Assembly: GCA_964526665.1 (NCBI GenBank)
Contig: CAZGJL010000001.1
Span: forward strand, 61,298 to 125,297
Origin: an uncultured Candidatus Peribacteria bacterium
Lineage (GTDB): Bacteria > Patescibacteriota > Gracilibacteria > UBA4473
Direction: 5' to 3'
Length of the DNA: 64,000 nucleotides
In this document: positions 18,024 to 27,416 of the stretch, piece after piece
Numbering within the stretch: the stretch's first letter is position 1
Layout of the letters: each line of letters starts with the position of its first letter
Translations under genes and position numbers: made by a program
Notes under the pieces: generated by a model
Database searches by the model: none
The model's input: the letters and a program-made list of their open reading frames with translations, nothing else
Told to the model about the DNA's origin: nothing

Positions 18024-18755
18024 TTAGCGCCTAAAAAATCCTCGCTTTGTTTTTGATTGTTGATTCTGAATTTCCTCTGCATGCCGAATCTGCCTTTTTG
18101 AATCTTGGAATCGAATCTTGGGACTAAAGAAATGATCTTCATTCATTTTGTAGTAGATATTAAATTTCACCTCACCTTCGTGATCAATCCCCCATGCATC
18201 TATATCCCAGTTTTCAGGAAATTTATTCAACAAACAACTCGCTACTTTTATTTTATTCGTAAGGACGTCTTGTCTCGTGTATCCGCCACTCACAGAAGGA
18301 TTGTTAATGTTTTGACTATTCTTGTACCAAGAAACTCCTTCTTTAATTGCCTGCACCAAAGAATTAATATTATTGAGTGCGTAAAGGTTGATTGGCTTAG
18401 TTGCTTCCTCCGTCTGCTTGAGGTTTCCCAACATTTCTAGTGCTTTATTCATATATTCCACGTAATCAACTTCTGATAAGGAGTCGTAGAGTTTTGAATA
18501 TTTCTGCTGAAATTCTTCTTCCATTCTCTCTACTTTCTCGTCCGAGAGTTCTGTTAATTCCTCTTTTGTCCAATGTGCATCTTTCCCCAAAAGTTTTGGG
18601 AAATCGCTATTCAACTCCTCCTTTTCTTCTAGGACCGACAAAACATTTTCATGATACGCCTCCTTAATCGCGCCAATATCGTCTTCCACAGCCCCTGACC
18701 CCTCGTTTTCAAGGGGACTAACGTCTTCCTGTATCACTTCTTTAGCTTTAATCAT
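18024..18755 (-). CDS. hypothetical protein (243 aa, acidic)
   Basis: Long ORF with ATG start. No recognisable motif. Confidence 0.5.
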   Translation of the reverse strand: MIKAKEVIQEDVSPLENEGSGAVEDDIGAIKEAYHENVLSVLEEKEELNSDFPKLLGKDAHWTKEELTELSDEKVERMEEEFQQKYSKLYDSLSEVDYVEYMNKALEMLGNLKQTEEATKPINLYALNNINSLVQAIKEGVSWYKNSQNINNPSVSGGYTRQDVLTNKIKVASCLLNKFPENWDIDAWGIDHEGEVKFNIYYKMNEDHFFSPKIRFQDSKRQIRHAEEIQNQQSKTKRGFFRR

Positions 18756-18810
18756 TAAAAGGAGAAATTATCTCCTAATAATACCACAAAATGCGCTCAA
18801 ATTCAATGTC

Positions 18811-19872
18811 CTAGTCCTTCTTTAAATACACCGTCTGTGTTGGGAAGGCCATCTCAATTTTTTCTTTTGTAAATCGCTCCAAAATTCCCAAATTAATCTC
18901 TTGTTGTGTTTCCATGTGATCATGTTTTTTTCCTGTAGAAACGTGATATACGGTAATAAATCCCAAACTTGAATCATCGAATGTATGAAAGTGCGTTCGG
19001 TTAAACTCTGCCATGTCCACCTTCTCTACAACCCCTTTTACAATATCTGGAATCATACGTAATTTCGCTGCCGACGTATCGTACGTTACTCCAAACTCAA
19101 ATTGTACCCGCCGTGTTTTAAGTTTTTTGAAATTTTGTACACGAGATTCCGTTAGTTCTTTGTTTGAAATCACGAGCTCTTCTCCACGTAATGCCTCGAT
19201 ACGCGTTGTTTTGAGGCCAATTTTTCTCACTATTCCCTCGTGTGTCCCCACGACAATGTAGTCTCCTACTTGGAAGGGTTTATCAAAGTAAATCGTGAAA
19301 CTGGAGAACAGGTCCCCCAAGATGCTCTGTGCCGCCAATGCGATAGCGATACCTCCAATTCCTAGTGACGCCGCAAGCGTAGTAATATCAAATCCTAAAT
19401 TATCAAGCACTAACAATATCCCAATAGACCAAAGCACAATATTAGCCACCAATTTCACCCCCTGCAAAGATGTTTTATTCTTCCCAATGGCTGACTTTGC
19501 TAGCCCAAAGGATACTATTTCCTGGGAAACCTTCAACATTTCATATGCAAACGAAACAATGAATATCCCACGGATAAAATTTTCAAGGGCCGGCGACAAA
19601 ACAAGAAAAAATTCTACCGTTACGAACAATGCCAAGAGCAAAAAGAATATATTAGAAACTCCTTTTACCACAGAAATAACGGCGTCGTCCCAGGTGGAAA
19701 CTGTTCTTTCTGCTATAACTGAAAACTTTCGCAAAAATATTCCGCGCACGATTCTTATCCCTAATAATATTACGAAAAACACCAGCAAGGCTGTTGCTAT
19801 CTGCCCTAGTGAGTGAGCTGCTATCTCATAATTCCACGACATCATGAGCCAATCTGGGAAATATTTTTCCAT
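18811..19872 (-). CDS. mechanosensitive ion channel (MscS family)
   Basis: N-terminal TM helices followed by PFQVGDYIVVGTHEGIVRKIGLKTTRIEALRGEELVISN, which is the MscS beta-domain signature. Confidence 0.85.
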   Translation of the reverse strand: MEKYFPDWLMMSWNYEIAAHSLGQIATALLVFFVILLGIRIVRGIFLRKFSVIAERTVSTWDDAVISVVKGVSNIFFLLLALFVTVEFFLVLSPALENFIRGIFIVSFAYEMLKVSQEIVSFGLAKSAIGKNKTSLQGVKLVANIVLWSIGILLVLDNLGFDITTLAASLGIGGIAIALAAQSILGDLFSSFTIYFDKPFQVGDYIVVGTHEGIVRKIGLKTTRIEALRGEELVISNKELTESRVQNFKKLKTRRVQFEFGVTYDTSAAKLRMIPDIVKGVVEKVDMAEFNRTHFHTFDDSSLGFITVYHVSTGKKHDHMETQQEINLGILERFTKEKIEMAFPTQTVYLKKD

Positions 19873-19919
19873 TTTCTTTGTTTTTTAGTACGCTGAGTAT
19901 ACTTATTTTAAGAAGAAAA

Positions 19920-20846
19920 ATGCAACACGAAAAACTCGTTATCATAGGTTCTGGTCCCGCTGGACTTACGGCTGCTATTTACGCTGCTCGCGCAGATTTA
20001 AACCCTTTGGTTTTGGAAGGGAAACAGCCAGGAGGGCAACTCATGGGAACAACCGAAATTGAAAATTGGCCAGGCGCAACCGAGGGATTAACCGGACCTA
20101 TTCTTATGAATAATCTCCGAGAGCAAGCAAAAAAGTTTGGTGCTCGAACGGAATTTAAATATGCAGAAAGGGTGGATTTCAGTAATCCAGACGAGCTGCG
20201 TCTTTGGATTGGTGAGGAAGAAATAACTGCTGACACCGTGATTATTGCCACTGGAGCAAGTGCTCGTTGGCTTGATTTAGGGAAAGGAGAAGAACGGTTT
20301 TGGGGGAAGGGGTACTCGGCTTGTGCCACATGCGACGGAGCCTTTTTCCGTGAAAAAACAGTGGCTGTAGTTGGAGGAGGAGACTCTGCCTGTGAGGAAT
20401 CCATGTTTTTGACAAAATTTGCTACAAAAGTATATCAGCTCGTCCGTCGTGATGAGATGCGAGCCAGTAAGCCAATGATTCAGCGAGTCATGGATAATCC
20501 CAAAATTGAAGTAATTTGGAATACCGCTCCAATAGACTTGAAAGGAGAAAATAAGCTTGAAGCAGTAGAATTAAAAGATCGAGTTTCTGGCGAAATGAAA
20601 GACCTGCCTATTGATGGCCTTTTCGTCGCCATTGGACACAATCCCAACACTGAGTTTTTGGGAGAACAAATCGAACTTGATCGGGGATTTATAAAAATCC
20701 ATGACCACACCAAGACAAATGTTCCAAGTGTATTCGTCGGAGGAGACGTCGCCGACCCACATTACAAACAAGCTGTCGTCGCGGCAGGAAGTGGATGCAA
20801 GGCTGCTCTTGATGTTGAGGCTTATTTATCGGAAAAAGAACAGTAA
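19920..20846 (+). CDS. trxB: thioredoxin-disulfide reductase
   Basis: Shows VIIGSGPAGLTAAIYAAR (FAD-binding), the redox-active CATCDG motif, and VVGGGDSACEE (NADPH-binding). Confidence 0.92.
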   Translation: MQHEKLVIIGSGPAGLTAAIYAARADLNPLVLEGKQPGGQLMGTTEIENWPGATEGLTGPILMNNLREQAKKFGARTEFKYAERVDFSNPDELRLWIGEEEITADTVIIATGASARWLDLGKGEERFWGKGYSACATCDGAFFREKTVAVVGGGDSACEESMFLTKFATKVYQLVRRDEMRASKPMIQRVMDNPKIEVIWNTAPIDLKGENKLEAVELKDRVSGEMKDLPIDGLFVAIGHNPNTEFLGEQIELDRGFIKIHDHTKTNVPSVFVGGDVADPHYKQAVVAAGSGCKAALDVEAYLSEKEQ

Positions 20847-20857
20847 TCCTGTTTCTC

Positions 20858-21382
20858 ATGAAAATCATTGACCTCACTCTTCCTCTTTACTCCGGAATAC
20901 CCCTCTATCCTGGTGATCCAGAAGTAGAGATCGAGCAACTTCAAACGCTTGAAAAAGATGGCTGGAATATGAAGCGAATTCATATAAATGGACATGATGG
21001 GACTCACGTAAATGTTCCTCGGCATTGTAAAAATGATGGGAAAACTCTTGATGACTACAAGGTTCAAGATTTCTGCGGGGAATGCGTTATATATGAATCT
21101 CTTGAAGATATTCAATCCAACCAAGGCGTTATTTTTAGACAAGACATAACAATGATCCTGGCTCAAGTTATTGTAAAAAAGAAGCCTCCCTTTATTGGCC
21201 TTTCTTCTGAATTTGAGATCGATGAAGACGTAGAGAAAATTTTACTCGGAAATGACATTATTTGTTTTGAGCGACTCGCAAACACAGAGAATCTTCCTAA
21301 AAGCTTCTTTTTTCATGGCGCTCCTTTGAAAATCAAAGAAGGTGACGGAAGCCCCGTCCGGGCTTATGCCACTATAAAATGA
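20858..21382 (+). CDS. cyclase-family protein (kynurenine formamidase-like)
   Basis: HINGHDGTHVNVPRH resembles the HxGTHxDxPxH cyclase/arylformamidase motif. Size is about 170 aa. Confidence 0.7.
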   Translation: MKIIDLTLPLYSGIPLYPGDPEVEIEQLQTLEKDGWNMKRIHINGHDGTHVNVPRHCKNDGKTLDDYKVQDFCGECVIYESLEDIQSNQGVIFRQDITMILAQVIVKKKPPFIGLSSEFEIDEDVEKILLGNDIICFERLANTENLPKSFFFHGAPLKIKEGDGSPVRAYATIK

Positions 21383-21549
21383 CCCCATCTCTTTGAGAAA
21401 TTCTCAGCAGTGACTTTGTGCATGAACAATTGAATGAGTTGATTTTCTCTAGAATAGTATTGATTGGAGGAAGAATGAGAAGGATATAACTGGATAAACG
21501 TATGATTTTGTGATACAATTCGGGGATAGGTATTATTTTATCCACTCCT

Positions 21550-22572
21550 ATGAACGAAGCCTCCGATCCCACGACCTCGAACAACCTGGAAAATAAGTAT
21601 GTTTCCTTTTTGAAAGAAAATTTTCCTGAACTCGCGGACAAGACGCGGGAGGAGGTTCTGAGTGTTTTGGGGGATGACAATGGAGAACTTATACAGTCCG
21701 AACCGCCGTCATCCGCAAAAGCGGAACAATATGAAGAAATTCTAAATGAAGCACCTTTCGATATTCAAGATGAAGTAAACTTTCAGTCGGCTACCAGCGT
21801 CCAGAAATTTACCCAAAATGCTGTAACAGCCATAGAAACAATAAACAAAATGCTCAGAGTCGAGGGGAAACCAGAACTCGACAGCACCCTCATCAACAAA
21901 CGCTTCGTTGAGGGATTCCTTTACAAAGGGTTTTTTAGAATTTTAAAGGACTCAAGGGGACCGGATCAACTAGATAAGAATATCGATATGCTCAAAAAAT
22001 ATTTCTTGGATGAAGCGAGTGGATTAAGCGAAAGCGATTTTGATTTTGATGAGGTACGGCAAGTACACGAAAAACTGCATGCATCCTTGCAAGAAGCCTC
22101 CCCAAATAATCCTAATGTTCTCCGGGGAACGTCAATAAAAGATTACAGTCGTCAAATAAGCAAAAAATATCATTCCTTTAGCAACGAAATATACGATGTT
22201 CCTCTCGATAAATATAAAAACTTTGAGGAATTCATACAAGACGATAAAAACAAAGAAATTATGCAATTTATACTTGAGTTTTTTATTCATGCTCAAGACT
22301 TTTTCGACTACTCCGGAAGGGGGGGGAAGCCCCCATTGAACTACAAGTTACTGAAAAAAGAGGGGAAAATTGACAACGACTTCTTTGATACCCCGGGCGG
22401 TGTCCCAAAAGAGGGGTTCCGATATGGATATATGGCCAACTCTAATACACTATCAAATAAAATCTATGCACTTTGTAATTTACTGGGAATTGAAAAATTA
22501 GAGGCATTTGTAAGGGACTATGCCATTTTGCCCTGGGACAAAGAAGCTGAAGACGTGAATAAAAAGGGGTAA
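21550..22572 (+). CDS. hypothetical protein (340 aa, acidic)
   Basis: Long ORF with ATG start. No recognisable motif. Confidence 0.55.
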   Translation: MNEASDPTTSNNLENKYVSFLKENFPELADKTREEVLSVLGDDNGELIQSEPPSSAKAEQYEEILNEAPFDIQDEVNFQSATSVQKFTQNAVTAIETINKMLRVEGKPELDSTLINKRFVEGFLYKGFFRILKDSRGPDQLDKNIDMLKKYFLDEASGLSESDFDFDEVRQVHEKLHASLQEASPNNPNVLRGTSIKDYSRQISKKYHSFSNEIYDVPLDKYKNFEEFIQDDKNKEIMQFILEFFIHAQDFFDYSGRGGKPPLNYKLLKKEGKIDNDFFDTPGGVPKEGFRYGYMANSNTLSNKIYALCNLLGIEKLEAFVRDYAILPWDKEAEDVNKKG

Positions 22573-22593
22573 TCCATTGAGAGATTTAGATAT

Positions 22594-24120
22594 CTATTCC
22601 TCCTTTCTCTCTCTATATTGAATAGCTTCTGCCACATGGGAAAGAGCAAGAGTTTCTTCCTTCTCCAGGTCTGCAATTGTTCGTGCTAGTTTCAAAATGC
22701 GGTAATAGGCCCGTCCAGATAGGTTCATTTGTGTTGCAGCCGAACGGAGGAGCTCTTTTGTCTGATCATCAATAGTGCAATATTTCTTTACTAACGGAGA
22801 TGTCATTTCAGAATTGTTGGAGATAGCTTCAGCAATGAATCGTTTTCCCTGAATATCCCTTGCACATTGAACTCTCTTGCGGACGATCTCTGAGGACTCT
22901 CCTGGTATTAGTCCAGATAATTTTTCAAACGAAATTCGAGGGACCTGAATATGTAAATCAATACGGTCTAGGAGTGGTCCCGAAATTTTCCCTCGATATC
23001 GAACGATATTATAAGGAGAGCAAGTACATTCTTTTTCTGTGTCTCCAAAAAACCCACACGGACACGGATTCATCGCACCAACTAACATAATTTGTGCGGG
23101 GAACAAACAGCTCCCCGAGCTTCGAGAAACGGTTACAATCCCATCTTCTAGTGGCTGTCGAAGTGTCTCCAGTGTTTTTTGATTAAACTCTGGTAGTTCA
23201 TCAAGAAAAAGTACTCCGCGATGAGCCAATGAAATTTCTCCTGGTCGTGGAGGATTTCCCCCGCCAACAATGGCCACGCTTGAGGCCGTGTGATGCACTG
23301 AGCGAAATGGTCGTTGCGACGCAATGGGCTGTTTTTCATCAATCAGCCCTGCAACCGAATGAACCTTTGTAATTTCCAATGCCTCGCCTATGGTCATCTG
23401 TGGCAAAATGGTTGAAAGCGCCTGTGCTAACATAGTTTTCCCTGATCCTGGCGGCCCAGACATTAATAAATTGTGTCCTCCTGCTGCAGCTATTTCTAGC
23501 GCCCGTTTCGCGTGCTCATTTCCTCTCACGTGGCAAAAATCGTAATCACTTCGTGGTACTGTGTTAAAAGATTTCAGTCCGGGGTACGGAGTTGCTTCTA
23601 TTTCAAGAACCCGCTGTAAATGATTGCATACTTCCTTTAGGTTTTTGGCTCCATATACAGGAATGTCTTTGATCAAAGAGGCCTCTGCCGCGTTTTCTGA
23701 TGGACAAAAAAACTCTGTAAATCCCCGATCTGCTGCACCTGCTGCCGTGGGGAGAATCCCGGGAATTGCTCGTAATTCTCCATCAAACCCCAGTTCTCCC
23801 AAAAACACCACCTCGTCTATATTTTGAGGCAATGTGATTTGCCCCGTTGCGTGCAAAATCCCCAGGGCAATGGGAAGATCAAATCGTGGACCATGTTTCT
23901 TTAAGTCTGCGGGAGCAAGATTCACCACTATTTGTTTTTGTGGAAAATGAAAATCCGAATTTTTTATAGCTGATTTCACCCTCTCTCGTGCTTCTTGAAT
24001 CGCCACATCCCCCAGTCCCACGATTGAAAACTTTGGCAAACCTCGATGAAGATCTACCTCAATAGAAACTTCTTCTGCGTTTAGTCCCAATAAGGTAAGT
24101 GTTTTTAATTTTGCAAGCAT
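22594..24120 (-). CDS. comM: YifB/ComM-family Mg-chelatase-like AAA+ ATPase
   Basis: N-terminal Lon-like domain, Walker A (GPPGSGKTMLA), Walker B (GVLFLDELPEF), and the C-terminal ChlI-like region. Confidence 0.9.
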   Translation of the reverse strand: MLAKLKTLTLLGLNAEEVSIEVDLHRGLPKFSIVGLGDVAIQEARERVKSAIKNSDFHFPQKQIVVNLAPADLKKHGPRFDLPIALGILHATGQITLPQNIDEVVFLGELGFDGELRAIPGILPTAAGAADRGFTEFFCPSENAAEASLIKDIPVYGAKNLKEVCNHLQRVLEIEATPYPGLKSFNTVPRSDYDFCHVRGNEHAKRALEIAAAGGHNLLMSGPPGSGKTMLAQALSTILPQMTIGEALEITKVHSVAGLIDEKQPIASQRPFRSVHHTASSVAIVGGGNPPRPGEISLAHRGVLFLDELPEFNQKTLETLRQPLEDGIVTVSRSSGSCLFPAQIMLVGAMNPCPCGFFGDTEKECTCSPYNIVRYRGKISGPLLDRIDLHIQVPRISFEKLSGLIPGESSEIVRKRVQCARDIQGKRFIAEAISNNSEMTSPLVKKYCTIDDQTKELLRSAATQMNLSGRAYYRILKLARTIADLEKEETLALSHVAEAIQYRERKEE

Positions 24121-24249
24121 CACTGCAGAGAGTGCCGCGTAAAAAAGAAATTTCAAGTCACGCCCTTCATCCCTTTTTAATTTCTGTATGCAAAATGCGA
24201 GACCGGTCTTGATTTTCTAAATATATAAATTTCCGCTACACTGCTGGCG

Positions 24250-25380
24250 ATGAAATTGGATTTTTCAAACATTGGCGTCCCGACAGAAAAGCTATTTGGT
24301 TCAGAAGAGGAACTTGCCAATGCGTTAAAGGGATTTGAAACAAAAAAACAAGAATTTCTTTCTGCTCTTGATGATCCGATCGACGCTTTGTCAAAGTTTG
24401 CACAAGACAAAAGGGAGGACTATGACACTGTTGTTGTCATAGGAATGGGAGGAAGCGCCCTCGGTGCACGGCTTTTGGCAGATTATTTTGATAATGAAAA
24501 ATTGCTCGTTCTCGATACACTCGACCCATATGCTGTAGAAAAGGTACTAAAATCCGTAAACATGGTGCGAACCCTCTGGGTTGTTGTCTCAAAATCGGGG
24601 AAAACCCTTGAAACAACCACTCTTCGAAATCTTCTTGCGCCAGGAATCCCGGCCAAAAACTGGGTTATCGTGAGTGAAAAAGACAGCGCTCTTTGGAAAT
24701 GGGCAGAAGAAAAAAAATGTCCTGCCTTTGAAATGCCACAAAATATTGGTGGGCGATTTTCAATTCTGACTTCTGTCGGGCTTCTTCCTGCTGCAATAGC
24801 CGGACTTCCTATTGATAAATTAATAAAAGGAGCACAAAAAATGCGAGGACAAGTCCTTTGCAAGGAGGTAGCAAAAAATCCTGCATGGCAGCTATCATGT
24901 GTTATCAAAACATTAAAACGAGAAAAAATAGTAAACTGGGCATATTGTTCTGCATTAAAAACCTTCGGTGCCTGGTGGACACAACTTTTTGCTGAATCCT
25001 TGGGGAAAAAGGGGAAGGGCCTTACTCCGGTTGCTGCAATGGGACCAACTGATCAGCATTCTTTGTTACAATTGATGACAGAAGGGGATGATAATTTTTT
25101 CAATATTTTTATAAAAGACAACTCTATTGAACGCTCCCCTTTGGGAAAAATCATGAATATAGAACTTCGTGCAACCACGCAATCACTTACCGAACTTGGT
25201 CGCCCCAATTGCACGCTTGAAATTCCAAACAGAAATGCCGACACGCTTGGACAACTCATTGTCCTTTGGGAAATGACCGTCGCGTTCCTGGGAGAACTGC
25301 GAGGAGTGAATGCTTTTGACCAACCAGGAGTTGAACGCGGGAAAATTCTGACGCAAGAGTTTTTAAAAGAAACAGAATAA
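24250..25380 (+). CDS. pgi: glucose-6-phosphate isomerase (short type)
   Basis: Shows IGMGGSALGARLL, VVSKSGKTLETT, GGRFSILTSVGLLPAA, and DQHSLLQL, which are PGI SIS-domain motifs. Confidence 0.85.
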   Translation: MKLDFSNIGVPTEKLFGSEEELANALKGFETKKQEFLSALDDPIDALSKFAQDKREDYDTVVVIGMGGSALGARLLADYFDNEKLLVLDTLDPYAVEKVLKSVNMVRTLWVVVSKSGKTLETTTLRNLLAPGIPAKNWVIVSEKDSALWKWAEEKKCPAFEMPQNIGGRFSILTSVGLLPAAIAGLPIDKLIKGAQKMRGQVLCKEVAKNPAWQLSCVIKTLKREKIVNWAYCSALKTFGAWWTQLFAESLGKKGKGLTPVAAMGPTDQHSLLQLMTEGDDNFFNIFIKDNSIERSPLGKIMNIELRATTQSLTELGRPNCTLEIPNRNADTLGQLIVLWEMTVAFLGELRGVNAFDQPGVERGKILTQEFLKETE

Positions 25381-25529
25381 ATTTTGGAGATAAATCTGTT
25401 GCTACGGCGGTACGAGCGTTTCGGTAAAACAAAAACCTCCTCCGAAGCTTGACAAATGTGGTGGTTTTGTCTATTTATTATCTGTGTTCGTTTTTTTCTT
25501 TTAGGAAAACTCGTTCCGTGCTCTTTTAC

Positions 25530-25543
25530 AATTCAATTTCAAT
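25530..25543 (+). repeat. AATTCAATTTCAAT motif, copy 1 (upstream of ORF 25604)
   Basis: Exact inverted partner at 26057..26070. A same-orientation-relative-to-gene copy lies at 30866..30880. Confidence 0.7.
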
Positions 25544-25603
25544 AATAATTCTCGTTTGCCGTGCTTGTTTTGGCGAATAGGACTAACGAGAATTACAATA
25601 AAT

Positions 25604-26056
25604 ATGAATATAAACCTAAATCAAGCTATCATGAAAAACAACGATCGATTTATTAATGATTTAAAGGAGCAACTAAAGAAATGTATTTCTCTGGTTGGCT
25701 TAAAGATTATTTTAGACCATGCTGATGCGTTTTCCCCGTCCCCGATGCAAATTGATGAGTTGCCAACAAATTTCTGTCAAGGGTTAATCGTGCTGGGAAC
25801 ATTAGATACTGGTGCTTTTGGTGTTTCCTTTTTAGAGACTGATTCTGAGAAACGTGTTCCTCCTGTTCTTTCAATCCGGGCAACTACCAAGATTTTTACC
25901 CGAAAAAACAGCACTGGAGACTATCCTTTTGTTGTCACAATTGATAACCCAGGAGAACAAAGCCGCATATTAAGAATTACGGATATAGAAATGATGAGGC
26001 GGTATGCTCGAGCATTTCGGATGCTCATTCAGAAGGTAAAAGAATTGACTCCGTAA
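25604..26056 (+). CDS. hypothetical protein (150 aa)
   Basis: ORF with internal ATG preferred over the TTG at 25556. It is bracketed by a 14-bp inverted repeat and followed by a terminator. Confidence 0.5.
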   Translation: MNINLNQAIMKNNDRFINDLKEQLKKCISLVGLKIILDHADAFSPSPMQIDELPTNFCQGLIVLGTLDTGAFGVSFLETDSEKRVPPVLSIRATTKIFTRKNSTGDYPFVVTIDNPGEQSRILRITDIEMMRRYARAFRMLIQKVKELTP

Positions 26057-26070
26057 ATTGAAATTGAATT
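26057..26070 (+). repeat. ATTGAAATTGAATT motif, copy 2 (inverted)
   Basis: Exact reverse complement of 25530..25543. Confidence 0.7.
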
Positions 26071-26082
26071 AAATAAGAGTAG

Positions 26083-26123
26083 ATCCTGACCCGTGTGTAA
26101 AACATTGGTCGGGATTTCTTTTT
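26083..26123 (+). terminator. Rho-independent terminator
   Basis: ATCCTGACC...GGTCGGGAT stem (one G-U pair) followed by TTCTTTTT. Confidence 0.6.
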
Positions 26124-26149
26124 GAAAAAAATCTGCTACGCTCCTCCTC

Positions 26150-27328
26150 GTGAAAACATATATCCTCGAACTCGGCCGTAATTGGACACTCTGTCACACA
26201 GAAGCTCTCGCACAATGTGAAGAGGTTCTTGCTAATAAATCACAGCGCCTGCTTCTTGCACAGAATTTGAAATTCAAAAATCCAAGAGATTTGCCGAAGG
26301 ACGAAGAGCAAATATTTCTAGATCGTCTGGGAGGATGTATCCGAATAGCTGAGGTGGTAGGAGAATTCCGTGAGAAATCAAAAATGATTGATGCTATCCA
26401 CGCGATGGTAAAAGCCGAACAGCCGGAAGGGAAGCCCAAGCTGGGTGTTTCTGGTTATGGAACAGGGAAAGGGTTTTTACCCAACTTTTTATCCGTTTTG
26501 AAACAAAAATTTGGAGAACTCCGCATTGAGAACGCAAAAGGAGAAAATATGACCTCTGGACAAGCTTTTGACCGAAAATTATTGAAAAAAGGATTCGAAT
26601 TTCTTGTGTGGCAAAACGGAGACTCATTCCTCTTGGGACGAACCCGCGCTATGCAAAATCTAAGAAATTATACGCTTCGAGATCGAAAAAAATCTTTTCG
26701 TGATGCAGAAATGGGGATGTTGCCACCAAAACTAGCGCAACAACTCATTAATTTTGCTTCTCCAAAGGAAAAGGATGTTGTAATTGACCCCTTTTGTGGA
26801 TCGGGAACCATTTGCAGCGAAGCAAGCATTTTTGGCTGGAAAACGGTGGGAAGCGACATGATGTCTGAACGAGTTACGGGAACAAAAGAAAACTTCCAAT
26901 TTCTTTCAGAAAAATTCCGTTATCCCGAAGAAAATGGTGAATTCTTCACTCGTGATGCGACTCAATTCCCTTGGGGAAAATATCCTGATGCCGTTGTCGC
27001 GACCGAAGCCTTCCTTGGGACAAATTTTACGCGACAACCAAATCGCGCACAGGCCGATGAACAAGCCCGTGAAGTATTGAGTATGTGGGATAAATTTTTG
27101 CAGAATGCGAAAAAAGATGGACCACGAAAAATCGCTTGCTGTCTCCCCAGATGGCACGTTCTCAGCGGAGATATCGATATTGTACAAAAATTTCTTGCCA
27201 GCGCTGCAAAGGTTGGGTACACTCCGCTCGCTCTTTTCGATGACAAAGATTCTTGTGTATACGGTCGCCCTGGCGCATACGTTTCCCGAGAAATAGTTGT
27301 TTTAAAAAAAGCATCCCACAAGGAGTAA
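26150..27328 (+). CDS. SAM-dependent methyltransferase, UPF0020/Trm11-like putative RNA methylase
   Basis: VIDPFCGSGTICSEA is SAM motif I. An N-terminal non-catalytic domain of about 190 aa precedes it. GTG start. Confidence 0.7.
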   Translation: MKTYILELGRNWTLCHTEALAQCEEVLANKSQRLLLAQNLKFKNPRDLPKDEEQIFLDRLGGCIRIAEVVGEFREKSKMIDAIHAMVKAEQPEGKPKLGVSGYGTGKGFLPNFLSVLKQKFGELRIENAKGENMTSGQAFDRKLLKKGFEFLVWQNGDSFLLGRTRAMQNLRNYTLRDRKKSFRDAEMGMLPPKLAQQLINFASPKEKDVVIDPFCGSGTICSEASIFGWKTVGSDMMSERVTGTKENFQFLSEKFRYPEENGEFFTRDATQFPWGKYPDAVVATEAFLGTNFTRQPNRAQADEQAREVLSMWDKFLQNAKKDGPRKIACCLPRWHVLSGDIDIVQKFLASAAKVGYTPLALFDDKDSCVYGRPGAYVSREIVVLKKASHKE

Positions 27329-27341
27329 TCCTTACCTACTC

Positions 27342-27416
27342 TCCCGAGTAGCTCAGTGGTAGAGCAGTTGGCTGTTAACCAACTTGTCGCCGGTTCAAAT
27401 CCGGCCTCGGGAGCCA
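27342..27416 (+). tRNA. tRNA-Asn (anticodon GUU), CCA encoded
   Basis: Acceptor TCCCGAG/CTCGGGA, D-arm AGCTCAGTGGTAGAGC, anticodon stem GTTGG/CCAAC with loop CTGTTAA, and T-arm GCCGGTTCAAATCCGGC. Confidence 0.92.
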
